In this document: piece by piece, positions 1 through 12,893 of the stretch
Position numbering within the stretch: the first letter of the stretch is position 1
Layout: every line of letters starts with the position of its first letter
Source: Octopus bimaculoides
Taxonomy: Eukaryota
Length of the DNA stretch: 64,000 nt
Assembly: GCF_001194135.2 (NCBI RefSeq)
Contig: NC_069000.1
Span: 22,269,397 to 22,333,396 of the forward strand
Direction: 5' to 3'
Position numbers and translations under genes: made by a program
Notes under the pieces: generated by a model
Databases searched by the model: none
What the model saw: the letters and a program-made list of their open reading frames with translations, nothing else
Told to the model about the DNA's origin: nothing

Positions 1-330
1 TGATAAAGATGATACCGCCAACTGGACTATCAAAGGAAGGTGAGGCTTGTTTTTTCTGTACGGTAGCAGTATTGAAAGAGTGTATATGGAGGACAAGAAT
101 GGAAGGTATCGTGACAGGGTCCTACATATCCAGCCCTGGATTGCTGTCCTACTTCAGATATCATCTGAAGAGGAAGATAGGGCTGGAAAAGAGAACCCTG
201 TCAGCGAAAGTATATGAACGGAGATGGAAGGAAGTAGTGAAAAAGGTGGGTGTAAGTCACCCAAACTAATCATTGAGAAAATAAAAGGCAAACTGCTGGG
301 CCTTACAGACTGCCGGGTTGAAAAACCCAA
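1..330 (+). mobile_element. L1/Tx1-clade LINE, 3' end of ORF2 plus short 3' UTR (cut by window edge)
   Basis: ORF 9-269 (VAVLKECIWRTRMEG...YFRYHLKRKIGLEKRTLS...RRWKEV) resembles the ORF2 C-terminus of Tx1-like LINEs, from memory; followed by a TA/TG microsatellite. Confidence 0.5.
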
Positions 331-1083
331 TCTCCCTTTTTAATAGATATACATGTGTGGGTATGTATGTGTGGGTATGTATGTGTGTGTGTATGTATGT
401 ATGTATATATGTGTATATATGTATATATTTATATAGATATATATATGTGTGTGGGTACGTATGCATATGTATGTCTGAATATTCAAAAGGAAATAAAAGT
501 AAGTCATCGTTATAAGAATTTTAAATTGTAAATTTTATATAAAGACATCGTAAAGATTTTAAAAAACCCATAAGAACTCATACATTTTGTCTATCTGTTT
601 GTATTGTTTTTGTATCAATCTGTGTATATAGATCCACAGTGATCATAATAAAAATTTTACACACTTCCTGTTTAACACAAACTCTCAGCCTTTTTTAAAC
701 ACAACAGGATTCTTAATTCCATGCATCCTAATCTATCTAACAATTATCTACATGGATTACCATTGAACTTTAAAAACTCAAAGGCAATATAATGTATTGG
801 TATATTTATTTTTTAATATATTTTTTATATTTTTGTAAAAAAACATTATTTTCATTTCCCCTCTTGAAAATTTGCCATGCAAAGAAAGCTGGTTAGAAAT
901 CCTTTTTAATCCTCCTTATGCACATCTATATTAAAATATGCTTTCAGTTTAGCATTCTGCCTTATTATTATTATTTTTTATTTTCCTATTATTTCTCCAT
1001 GTGCGGTTAACACAACTCCACCATTTACTGACTTTATATATATATATATATATATAATGTTTGTATATTGCATCTATCATACA

Positions 1084-1420
1084 TGTGTGGTTAAGAAGTT
1101 TGCTAGATAAGTGTTTTCAACTAAAGCTCAGACAGATCACGGCTTTGGGAGTGGAATTGATAGATGGAAACTGAAGGATGATTCTTGTGTGTGTCTTTAT
1201 ATCGCCAAATCTTGACATTGCACAATAGTTGTGAATGAGTGTCTCTGTCATGCACACTCTCCTTCCTATTCCAATCTTCATCAAAGCGTGTCTAGCCATA
1301 GGGAAAATTATCTTGCTTGAAAACAGATGCAGGTTGGTGACAGGAGGGGCATATGGCTGTATAAATCTTCATCAGTGAATTCCCTCTGACCCATGCAAGC
1401 ATGGAAAAGTGAATATTACA
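1084..1420 (+). mobile_element. tRNA-headed SINE, S1 head with RTE-type tail (S1-b), degenerate
   Basis: tgtgtggttaagaagtttgct head, gatggaaactgaa middle, tail ctgacccatgcaagcatggaaaagtg shared with other copies. Confidence 0.7.
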
Positions 1421-1851
1421 GTGATCATGAGACATACATGCATACACACACATACCTTATCTATCTATATATACATATACCCATACATATATATACACCT
1501 GGACATAAACATATATGCAAACACAGACATATATGCAAACACACACACATACATACATCTATTTGTAACTCCCAGGACTTATATTGAACACAATGTCCAG
1601 TTCTTTCTGCCAGATTGTTGGCTTTCAGTACATGTTTTCTGCAGTCACACACAAACAGTTTAAGCACATCATTAGCAGCATCAGTCTCACTGACCTCTGA
1701 AAACCTGAAAAGTATATCAGTTATAAAGATACAGGACAAAAACAAGTACTGCACATAAATTCAGCAGAGACATACTCCAATGAAGAAGCCTTTACCTGGT
1801 CACATGCCCTGTGCAATAAATAACAACACAAGCCACTGCCACCACTACAAC

Positions 1852-2190
1852 CATCATTTAATGTCCACCTTTCTATATTGGCATGGGTCAGACAGGATTT
1901 ATTGAAGAAAATTTTCTATGGCTGGATGCCCTTCCTGTTGCCAACCCTCACCTGCTCCCAAGCAAGGTAGTATTTCCTCATGGACAGACATGTTCTCGCA
2001 GAATATTGGAAATGAATGACACTGCTTGTATGACAGTGACACTCATTTACAACAATCACATGATGTTGAGACAAGGAAACACAAACACACACACATCAAG
2101 CTTCTTTCAACTTTCCTCTTCCATCTTCCAAAATCCACTCATAAAGCTTTGGTCGGCCTGAGGCTACAGTAGAAGCTATACTATTCAAGG
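1852..2190 (-). mobile_element. SINE S1-b, inverted relative to 1084-1420
   Basis: Reverse complement of the same middle and tail (catttaatgtccac...ggctggatgcccttcctgttgccaaccctcacctg...aaatccactcataaagctttggtcggcctgagg). Confidence 0.7.
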
Positions 2191-2450
2191 ATGAATTGAA
2201 TCAAGGTGTTTTAATAATAAGGACATCAAATTAGGGTTGAGAATTGCACATCCGTCTATCAACAGCATATATGTCAAAAAATATATTCATAATGAGCCAA
2301 ATCTTCAATATTAAATTTTGGATTTAAATTTTTACTCACCTGAAGAAAATGTTTTTTGTTTTTATTTTCATAATGTAAATGATTTGTTCATCAATAAAAA
2401 TGCATCTGAAACGGCTGGAATGAAGTTCAACCCATTGATATTCTTCCTTT

Positions 2451-2484
<34 letters not shown>

Positions 2485-4253
2485 TATATATACATAGNNN
2501 NNNNNNNNNNNNNNNNNNNNNNNNNNNNNNNNNNNNNNNNNNNNNNNNNNNNNNNNNNNNNNNATATATATATATATATATATACATACATACATATATA
2601 TATAGACACGTGACTGAGAATGAGTGCTAAACACTGCATTGTTGGATAAAATTTCTTTATTTGTGTATTAAAGCTACCATTGGGTTCAAGAAAAAATATC
2701 TTAACAATTTTTCAAGCTGATCACATGGAGGAATGGTGTTCTGCCACATGATCTATCTATCTATCTAATAGCTTTGTTTACATTTCCAACTGCAACTGAT
2801 TCACCTATATTGTTATTGTTCTTACAAAAGGAATGAGTATTATAATGCTTCTTTCCAGACACCCTGAAACCCAACAATATTAACCTTCCATAAATGGATG
2901 GTTCTGATTTAAAATAGTTGAGAATTCAACTGTCTTCTCTATAATAAGCTCAATGCAGCTCAATGAAACAACAAATCTAACTTTCTATCTAAAATAGAAA
3001 AAAAAAACTAGCAGCAATGTTTTAGTGTCCAACCTTCATTTTTACTAGTCATTCAACTTTATGTGTAGCCTTTTTATAAAGAACAGTGATTGTTTCTCTT
3101 TCAAAGCATGTGGTTCACAAAAAAGCTCAAGCATAAGACTGTACACATACACAGACCCAAAGATACACGCACACACAGGTATACTCACATATGCATACTC
3201 TGTGTTTGCATGTATGCGTGAAACTAATCAGAAAGAAAAACAATAAACGCAATATACACACATATCTACATACAGACACATTTAGAAATTTCAACTATAT
3301 TTTCAGCTATCAATTTTATTTACTTACAAAAAAAAAAAGAAAAAAAAGAAATTCAGTTGACAAGAGAGATAACACCAAACACCCCACACTACCACCTGCC
3401 TTCCATACCCAGCTATGCTACCCATAAGTCTCCCTCACCGTCACCCACCATAAACGGTTATTATCTCAAGCCAATAACTGGCAGTGTTTTCAGTTACTTC
3501 CACAAACACCAGATTTCATCTTCACCACATTTCCATTCTGTTGCCCTTTTAGAATACGTTTCTTTTTTTAAATTTTTTTTTTTTATCATATTCTTTCATA
3601 ATTTTATACACATACAACACACTATTAAAGTTGTATTCTGAAAGGTAGGGTGTTATCAGGGCCATAAATCACCAACACTCACATATTACTGGGAGGGAGT
3701 GAGGGAAGAGATGTAGATTCACTCTCTATCTTATCACCATTTCCTGGCCGCTAATGGTCTTAAACTGAAAATAATAAAGAATTAAAAAATTTATCTATCA
3801 ACAGCCTTCACCTCTTCACACTGGTCTACTCTAAACCTATGGATTCTCACTCATATCCGACCCCACCATCCTGCCCCCTACCCCGTTGCTTATGCAGCAA
3901 AGATCCTGACGTTTCTAAGAAGGAAACACACTTTCTTCTTCATTTAGTTAGCTCCAAACACATCAGTGATTTTGTCCTCTGTCAAATTCAATCGTGCCAC
4001 ACACACCCAATCTGCACACACCTCGCCTGCCCCAGACACACACCTCACCTACCACTAATACTTTGTCCCTTCAATATACCCACTCTCACATCTAATCGTT
4101 AGTTCCTTTATTTCCAGGTACACTTACCCAAGTGCTTCCACATATTTCTAATATCATTGCCTTGCTTCATGTCCCTTCATCTCTCAAATAGCTATTCTAC
4201 AAATCCAAAGTTCTTGTCAACATGATCAGCAACATTTATTGCACCTCCTTTAA

Positions 4254-4475
4254 CCCTATAATATTTAAACCAGCCACATCTGGCCAAAATACTCTACCCA
4301 TTTTATGTTCAAACTGGTCATATCCAGCCTTTCACACCTACCACACCAGATCATTCTAAAAATAAACAATCACATCATCAAAATCTCAAAGCTATGAGAT
4401 AATGCATAATTAACTCAAAAAATAATGTGAATAAATAAGCATTACATTTGACAGGGTAATCTGAATGCTAAAGGG
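4254..4475. mobile_element. piggyBac-like MITE, family 1 (~222 bp)
   Basis: TTAA on both sides, CCC...GGG termini, right TIR aatgctaaaggg; several homologous copies in the window. Confidence 0.75.
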
Positions 4476-4649
4476 TTAATATATACTGCATAACTTCCAA
4501 ACATAGTGATGCATTATAGTTAGGTGAAATGCGTCACCATTTGGGAGACACATTCTATAAGTACTTGCTGGGTATTTATAACAGCACTTGAGGAATCTTC
4601 AAACCCATACATCAACACTTTAACTCAACTGAATACCAAAGATAAAGAG

Positions 4650-4835
4650 CAATGTCTTATCACTGATGACAAAATCCAGCATCATCTCAACAGCACCAAT
4701 ACTGCCTTTGGCTGTCTCCAAATGAGCATTCCAGAACAAAGACATCTGAACTGACACAAAAAAGATGGTGTACAAGGAAATGGTCATCTTTGCACTTCTA
4801 TATGCATCTAAGAGCTGGACTATGTATAGTAATGC
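4650..4835 (+). mobile_element. RTE (BovB-like) LINE fragment, post-RT region, decayed
   Basis: Reconstructed across a frameshift: TDDKIQHHLNSTNTAFGCL...DTKKMVYKEMVIFALLYASKSWTMY, matching the RTE AFG.L and LLYGSETWT motifs. Confidence 0.6.
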
Positions 4836-4987
4836 CCTTATATAAACAAATATATTTTAGGGAATAAATGATGGATTTTTCCCTTATGAGGTTTTTTCAC
4901 ACTAGCTACTTGATAAATTCTTATAAAGACTTTATCGTATTATTGAATTATATATATATATGTGTGTGTGTTTGTGTGTGTATAGCC

Positions 4988-5372
4988 TTATCATTTAACA
5001 TCCATTGTTCCATGTTTGAATGAATCAGATGGAATTTGAGGCGGATTTTCTACAGCTGGATGCCTTTCCTGTCGCCGACCCTCATCAGTTTCCAAGTAAG
5101 GAAATGTTCCTCGTCACCATGGGAGATTGAAAATAAAGGACACAGAATGCATGATGGTGAGATTCATTTACAACAATCATACAAAGTCATGGCAAGGAGA
5201 CAATAACACACGCACACAAATACACACACAGGACAGGCATCTTTCAGATCCCATCTAGAAAATCCACTCATAAGGCTTTGATAGAAGATACTTGCTCAGG
5301 GAGACATGGAGGGGGACTGAACCAGAGAGTCTCTGGTTGGGAAGCAAATATCTTACCAGCTACACCTGTGTG
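4988..5372 (-). mobile_element. SINE S1-b
   Basis: Same head, middle and tail modules as 1852-2190. Confidence 0.7.
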
Positions 5373-5404
5373 CATATAATATATGTATGTGTGTATATAT
5401 TATA

Positions 5405-5825
5405 TGTATCTTGTGCCCGTGACATGTGTAAGGATTTTCGAGCGAGGTCGTTGCCAGTGCCCCTGGACTGGCTCTTGTGCGGGTGGCACACAAAATACAC
5501 CATTTTGAGCGCGGCCGTTGCCAGTACCGTGCGGGTGACACGTAAAAGCACCCACTACACTCTCTACGTGGTTGGCGTTAGGAAGGGCATCCAGCTGTAG
5601 AAACTCTGCCAAATCAGATTGGAGCCTGGTGTAGCCATCTGGTTTCACCAGTCCTCAGTCAAATCGTCCAACCCNNNNNNNNNNGCGTTAGGAAGGGCAT
5701 CCAGCTGTAGAAACTCTGCCAAATCAGATTGGAGCCTGGTGTAGCCATCTGGTTTCACCAGTCCTCAGTCAAATCGTCCAACCCATGCTAGCATGGAAAG
5801 CAGACGTTAAACGATGATGATGGTG
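5405..5825 (+). mobile_element. Young RTE LINE 3' UTR (5'-truncated) with (GAT)n tail
   Basis: ggttggcgttaggaagggcatccagctgtagaaactctgcc...catgctagcatggaaagcagacgttaaacgatgatgatg; near-identical to 17085-17382, 28033-28218 and 56960-57315. Confidence 0.8.
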
Positions 5826-5868
5826 ATAGATATATGTATGAATGTACAAATATATATGTGTGTGTGCG

Positions 5869-5908
<40 letters not shown>

Positions 5909-6719
5909 TACAAAATTCTCTCATCTTACATTTATAACCTAATCACTAATACTTCACAGTACCACTTTGAAGTAGAATATTGTAGCTAGGTCACAGATGT
6001 ACGATGAAAGACGAAAGACTGGTATTTAATAATATATATTACTATCACAAAATAATAAATTAGAAGTTAATAGAAATTAGAGTATGTTTTTAATGGCAAC
6101 AGTGATTTTAACACAAATATGTGCAAGTGTGTGCATGCATTCAAGTACTCTACTTTCAATATTGAATCACCCCGTCTGTAAATGTTGACATACTTAAATT
6201 TGTATTAGAATAATAACCTTAATTTAACACACACACACACACACACTAACATACATAAATTTCATGTGTAATATATGGATTTAGAGAATCCTGTGACAAT
6301 CACAAACCAGCTCCTCTAGTGGACTTAGACAGATAACACATAATAACCTAATACAGAGGAGTGTATGCAGCTGAAATCCAGCAGAGCTAATCAAAGAAAT
6401 TATTTCGTGAGGAGTATATAGAACATAAAGAAAGTCAGGAGGTGTGTGAGATAAATACATTTATTTCACCAGTTGATATCCACAGGATAACAGCTGTTTC
6501 GCAGTATTTATACATATGTGTATATGTAATTGACCAGTCAGTCTAAGGAATTCTCGGTTTGGTGTTTGGGGTGATTGCAGCCCCTATCAGAGCATATGTT
6601 ATGTGCTTTGCAGCAGCATTGGAGCATTTTAGCTCCTATTTCTAGCAATGTAGGTGTTATTAACATCCTTATTCAAATTTAGCTGATGAGTATATATGTA
6701 AATATATATATAATCATGT

Positions 6720-6950
6720 GATCATGTGACCAACCAGACTATCAGATGCTACACATCACTAGTCACAATACAATTTGCATTGTTTTAACCTGCAAATGAT
6801 TCCACCAGGTGAGCAAACCAACTTTCCCCACTGATTGAAAAGGGGGCTGGAGCAACATGAAATGAAGTGTTTTGCTCAAGAACACAACATGCCATCTAAC
6901 CAGGGAGTTGAACACACGATCTAGTGATCGTGAGTGCAACAGCCAAACCA
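6720..6950 (-). mobile_element. SINE with S4 head, tail variant
   Basis: ctggagcaacatgaaatgaagtgttttgctcaagaacacaac core shared with 18940-19272; different distal part. Confidence 0.55.
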
Positions 6951-8766
6951 TACCAAATCAGATTGGAGCCTGATACAGTTTCCCGGTTTGCCAATCCTCA
7001 GTCAAACCGTCCAACCCATGTCAGCATAGAAAGTGGATGTTAAACGACAATGATAACGATGATGATTATATACATGTATCTATATATGCAAGAGGAAATG
7101 TGATATATCTATGCTGTGTGAAGGTTGCAAGTTGCATGCAGTAATATTATCAGTTCTCCAGTTAATAAATCAATCTTCAAGCACCACACCATTAAGGACA
7201 TGAAATGACATTGAAAAGCAGATTAAAATTAGTGACAGAAAGAGCATCTAGCTGTAAAACAGTATCTTAAGAATGCAGTTGTTTAACCCATGCAAGCAGG
7301 GAAAAATAGAGATGTAAAAACAAATGAAAATAACAGGTGAAAAAATATCATTGGCTTTAATTTAGGACAAGAAAAGGATGGGAGATAACCCCGTAATTTA
7401 AATAAAATAAAAACAGAATGCAGTGGAGAATGAGGTTGGTCTTTGGCAACATAGTGACAACTCTAGGCATGTTTCAACATATAAACCTCTTCAGCAAAGC
7501 TTAGTCTAAACAATACTGCCAGAATTTAGATGATTTTATCAATCATAACCTTATTTCGGGTTGATACTTTTCTTACTGATCTCTAATTATCAAACTACTA
7601 AGTTATAACACAAAGAGATAAAAATGACATCAGCCTGGTATAAACACAGACAAACATATAATAAGTACAATGTGCTTTTTGTGCAATTCCTAACCACTGA
7701 AATTCCACAAGTAAGACATAATTAATATATATATACACACACATATACAGGCAAAAGTATGTATATATGAATGAATGTAAATTTGTGTGTGTGTGTGTAA
7801 GTGTGTGTATACATACACACACACACGTCTAAATGTATAAAGAAACTGTGAGGAAGAGCATGTGCAGACACACAGACAGACATACCTTCTAATAAAGAGA
7901 AACAGCAAGTGTTGTTATGGATTTAGATTTCATGTTTTGTTTTGTTGTGGATTTTCTTAGTTTTATTTACATTCATCTTATTTGTTGTTGTTGTTGTTGT
8001 TATTGTAATTGATTTCTATTTGAGGTACAGATAGAGAAAATTATAGTGCTGACTTAACACACGTTTATAAGTAAATTATATGATACTGCTTGGAATCTCT
8101 AAGCTTTAGTTCATACTATACACACATATATGCATGCATACACGCATATATGGTGTTGCATTTGTTTCTATGAAGGATAGGAACAGGTGTGTGTAGAGGG
8201 TGTAGAAATCAAAGACATTACCTACTAATCACATACAACGGACACTTTAGTATTCAGCACTAATAAGGTGTTGCACAAATAGTGCACACACACAAAACAT
8301 ACAGAGAGAAAGAGAAAAAGTGAGGTGGAGAGAGAAAGCAGGATTAAGAATATATATATATATAGAGAGAGAGGCAGACAAACAGACAAATAAATATATA
8401 AATGGATAGATAGATAAACAGAAAGAAAGATAAACATATGGAGGAAAAGTTTTGTGTGTATGTGTAGAGAGAGTGGAGACAGGTGTGTGTGTGCTTGTGT
8501 GTGCTTGTGTGTGCATGTAAAATCCATTTTGATCAACAGCCAGGGCAGGGGAAAAAAATATGTCTTACCTAATCCATTATTCAAGGATCTACTTTTTTTT
8601 GTTTTTTCTTTGCTTTTTTTTCTTTGATTTGATGAAAATAACATGCTCCGATTACTTTTGGTAGTTCATGCGCTAACTGCTGTTGAAATTATAGACATAC
8701 TAATTACCACTAACATAACGCAAGTCTGGATGTGCTAATTAAGAATATTAAGTTAAAAGTTCTTAT

Positions 8767-8995
8767 AGGCATGGCTGTGTGATAAGAAGCTCTCTTCCCA
8801 GCCACATGGTTCTGGGTTCAGTTCCACTGTGTGGTACCTTACGCAAGTCAAGTGTATTCTACTATAGTATTGGACCAACCAAAGACTTATGAGTAGATTG
8901 GGTAGGCAGAAACTGAAAGAAGCCCATCATATGTGTTTGTGTGTGTCTTTTGTCCCCACCATTGTTTGACAACTGACAGAATAAGTACCAGGCTG
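8767..8995 (+). mobile_element. SINE S1-a, internally deleted
   Basis: A-box-like tggctgtgtgataag, B-box-like gggttcagttcc, CORE-like segment, gaaactgaaagaagccc. Confidence 0.7.
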
Positions 8996-9116
8996 CTTAT
9001 GTGCAGTAAATTTAGTAATGCACACAACAGACTCCATACACTTTCACCACATCACATGCATGTATTGAGTACTCCTTTTGTATGGATCAATCAGAGAAAA
9101 AAAGAGTAGCCCTTAA

Positions 9117-9406
9117 CCCTTTTGTTACCATATTTTTACCATATTTCTGTTGAACTATGCTGCCTTTGTTTTAATTAATTCTCAAAATAATAAAGTATTT
9201 AGTAAAATAATTTTATCGTTGTCAATCTGGTATTTACTCTTTTACTTGTTTCAGTCATTTGACTGCGGCCATGCCGGAGCACTGCCTTTGTCGGAAGATA
9301 AATTAAAATGAAATTTTGATGGAAGGTTTTGACTTAGAACACTTTAAAAAAGGAAGTTTGTACCATAGAACTAGGGTCAGTCTCAGGCAGGTTGGTATCA
9401 AAACAG
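9117..9406. mobile_element. piggyBac-like MITE family 2, interrupted by an S1-a 3' fragment (~9236-9295)
   Basis: TTAA-cccttttgttacc ... ggtatcaaaacag-TTAA; inserted tttacttgtttcagtcatttgactgcggccatgc is the reverse complement of the S1-a tail. Confidence 0.7.
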
Positions 9407-10000
9407 TTAAGGCTTTTTTTCTGGATCTTTATGTCTGAAGGAAAGAAAGGAGAAATTTATCCTCAGATAGGGTAAATTTCTGATTGCTTGCCAACAGAGT
9501 GCATTTTACTAAAAGGCAGTTGAGGGTCAGATGGTAGAGGCAACAAATGTCTAAAAAAAAATTATTTTAAACTTGTGGTATGGTGGAACACATACAGAAG
9601 CACTAAATGCAGGAGGGGGGGAAGAAAAAAAAATCTTTGAAACAAATTTAAAATAAAATAAAAAAAATTATTTATTTTTAAATATAATAATAGGAGCAAA
9701 TTGAAGTTGGATGCTGAAATATTGATGAAAGAAAACAAACAAAAAAAAATCAAGAAAATATCTGCTGTTAAAATGTTTTTGAAACCAATATAGTATACAT
9801 GCTGTATAGATATTTAGCTATATGATTTTAAATATTGATTAAAATGGAGAATTATCAAAGAAGGAAGCTTTCAGCAAAGCAAATTTTTATTGGAATTTTC
9901 CTTTAAAATGTTCCAAATCTTCAGAAAATTTTGATTCAATCATTCAACAATGAACATTGAAAATATTTCTAGAATGCTCTAGAAGAATGAAAGAGTATAA

Positions 10001-10049
<49 letters not shown>

Positions 10050-10764
10050 TATGCATATCAAAACTGATAAATTAGCTGTGTTAAATTGCGGTAACATCTT
10101 TTACAGCCATTGCATATATGCTTAAGATGTTGTTGTATGGCAAAACAAATTCATCTTAGNNNNNNNNNNNNNNNNNNNNNNNNNNNNNNNNNNNNNNNNN
10201 NNNNNNNNNNNNNNNNNNNNNNNNNNNNNNNNNNNNNNNNNNNNNNNNNNNNNNNNNNNNNNNNNNNNNNNNNNNNNNNNNNNNNNNNNNNNNNNNNNNN
10301 NNNNNNNNNNNNNNNNNNNNNNNNNNNNNNNNNNNNNNNNNNNNNNNNNNNNNNNNNNNATACAAAGACATGATCAGAAATATTTTTCTATCAGCAATTT
10401 ATGAATTTGTGAAGTCCAACAGATATTTAGGTTATAATAACAAACCAATGAAAAACTTGCAATGTGATTTGTTAAAAACAGCAGTTAATTCTCACTCAAA
10501 TCACACCCTGCCATCTTTGAAAAGGACAAAAAGAGAATGACAATATGAAAAGATAAGATGATCGTGGTTAGAATGCCTTTAAATCAGCTCAATTTGCAAC
10601 AAAGAAAATAATAAAAAAGGAGGAAGAACGGAACAGATCAGAAAACAGCCAAATTGTATATTGTAGATAGAAAAAAAGTTTTTCATCACTGCATAAGGTC
10701 TGAAAAGGTATCAAATAATGAGAAAAGACAATTTCATGTAGAAATCTAATAGAAGTTTCAATAT

Positions 10765-11150
10765 TAGTTTGTCCATTGTTGTTGATGATGACCAAGGACA
10801 TGGGAGAAGAAGATGAAGCATGGTGTGTCCAGCTGTGGCTAACCAATCTGATACATGATTAGAAGGCTCTGCCACAGGTTGGGACACTGATGGTCTGCTG
10901 GGACTGAAGACAAGGAGTTGGCAATGGACTTGTGCAGTTCACGTTTTCTTTGTGTCCCTGCAATCGTGTTATGTTCATAGGAGGTGGCACTTCTGCGGGT
11001 GAAGCTTTGTCAGGCAGGTCAGTCTTGCACTTGCATTTTCCTGGTGTCAGAGTTGATCTCAAAGCTCTTCAGTGATGCTTTGACAGTATCCTCGAAGTCC
11101 CAAGTCATGATGCTTCTTATGTGCCATTCCAATACCTAGAATAGTTGGCT
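10765..11150 (-). mobile_element. RTE-BovB-like LINE 3' end with C2H2 zinc finger, decayed
   Basis: Minus-strand reading FEDTVKASLKSFEINSD...RKRELHKS...CPTCGRAF*SCIRLVSHSWTH; stops and frameshifts present. Confidence 0.8.
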
Positions 11151-11339
11151 GTAATATGAATGAGAATAGGCTACTTTTTCTAACAGGTCAAGCAAGCAGA
11201 GAGATTCGTTTGCTGAAAATGTGTGTGGAAGGATAAGGGAGAATGAAGGAGAGCATCATGTGGATAGGAATATTTTGGGTTAGATCAGTAGTTCTCAGCT
11301 GGCCCTTGGGTTCCATATAAAGATTTTGGTAATATTTAT

Positions 11340-11483
11340 CTACCAAGGTTGACTTTGCCTTTCATCCATTAGCAGTCGATAAAATAAAGTACCAGATGAT
11401 TACTGGGGTCGAGGTAATTGACTTACCCCCACCCAAAAAAAAACTTGCTGGCTTTGTGCCAAAATTTGAAATCATCATCATCA

Positions 11484-11514
<31 letters not shown>

Positions 11515-11755
11515 AATAAATGTGGCAAGCTGGCAGAATTGCTAACACACCTGGCAAAATGCTTAGCAGTATTCCATATGTCTTTTTGCTCTGAGTTCAA
11601 AATTGTGCCAAGGTCAACTTTGCCTTTCATCCTTTCAGGGTCGATAAATTAAGAACCAGTGAAACATTGGGGGCTGATGTAATCGACTAGTCCCCTCTCA
11701 CAAAATTTCAGGCCTTATCCTTCTAGCAGAAAGGATTATTATGATTATTAACCAC
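11340..11755 (+). mobile_element. Two tandem S2 SINEs separated by (CAT)n(TAT)n
   Basis: Both carry ggt(t/c)(g/a)actttgcctttcatcc...gtcgataaa; the second has head ggcaagctggcagaattgctaacac and B-box gagttcaaaatt. Confidence 0.75.
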
Positions 11756-12532
11756 TGCTGTCACTACCACCACTAATTTTTTTAATTAAAATTCAGATTT
11801 TCTTCCTACATAGACTACATTAAACTATTAACAGAACTAACTTCAGCAAGAACAAAGAAAGACAACAGTATTTTATAACACAAGTATAACAGTATCGTAA
11901 ATGATTTCCATAGCAATTAATCATGTATTAATTGATTAAAATATAATTAAAAAGAGAAGATTTTGCTGTCTTTTGTTTTTGTCTTTTTCTTTTTTAATTT
12001 GCCAATAACAATCAATATCCTGATGAAAACATGCCATTAACAGTTCACTGATTGATACAATTATGCAAATTAATGTTTTTACTAATAGTTCTTAAAACAA
12101 AACCACCCACCATCAATGTGTCTTGAAATCCTTGCATGTATTTTTACTTAATCATCTCTGTGCTGAAGGCATTTATGCTGTGTAATCGTACTTGTCTTCT
12201 GCAACAACTTACTACTTGGCTTGTCTTTGAGATATGGAGAATAGAAGACGCAGGCATGTGTGTTTGTGCGCGCACACACACACACATACAAGGAGGAAAA
12301 AAAAAAGCCACCCTGGAGGTCTATAATCTATAATGAATTTCTGCTTTATTTGATCTGTTTACAGATCATTATGACTTTTAATGTTAAGCCTAAGGCCACA
12401 ACTGTCAGTGGGTATAATTTACATTAGGTTAACCTTAGTACTTGGCTGACATTAGTTTCCATGTGACCACTCAGCTTGCAAGAAATAGCAACCAAATCTC
12501 ACTTAAAACGACACCACACCATCTTGAATATA

Positions 12533-12893
12533 TTCTTTTACTTCTTTCAGTCATTTGACTGCAGCCATGCTGGAGTACCGCCTTAAAGGGTTCTTAGTCG
12601 AACAAATCGACCCCAGGACGTATTCTATCAATTTCTTTTGCTGAACTGCTAAGTTACAGGGATGTAAACACATCAACATCGGTTGTCAAGCGATGTTGGG
12701 GGCGACAAATACAGACACACAAACACATACATATATACGATGGGCTTCTTTCAGTTTCCGTCTACCAAATCCACTCACAAAGCTTTGGTCGGCCTGAGGC
12801 TATAGTAGAAGACACTTGCCCAAGGTACTACACAGTGGGACTGAGCCCAGAACCATGAGGTTGGTAAGCAGGCTACTTACCACACAGCCACTC
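12533..12893 (-). mobile_element. SINE S1-a, full length
   Basis: Complete head, CORE-like segment, middle and tail (cagtcatttgactgcagccatgctggag). Confidence 0.85.

Noticed and set aside
266-515. Numerous YI/CV/HT/LS-rich ORFs throughout the track
   Set aside because: Translations of (TA)n, (TG)n and (GA)n microsatellites.
5575-5784. Exact 100-bp tandem duplication
   Set aside because: The two copies flank a 10-N gap; this is a typical unmerged contig-overlap artefact.
6485-6512. Hammerhead half-site CGAAACAGCTG on the minus strand
   Set aside because: No CUGANGA core or stem II found upstream.
12063-12075. Octamer ATGCAAAT plus TAAT motifs as an enhancer
   Set aside because: Expected by chance in 64 kb of AT-rich DNA; no supporting evidence.
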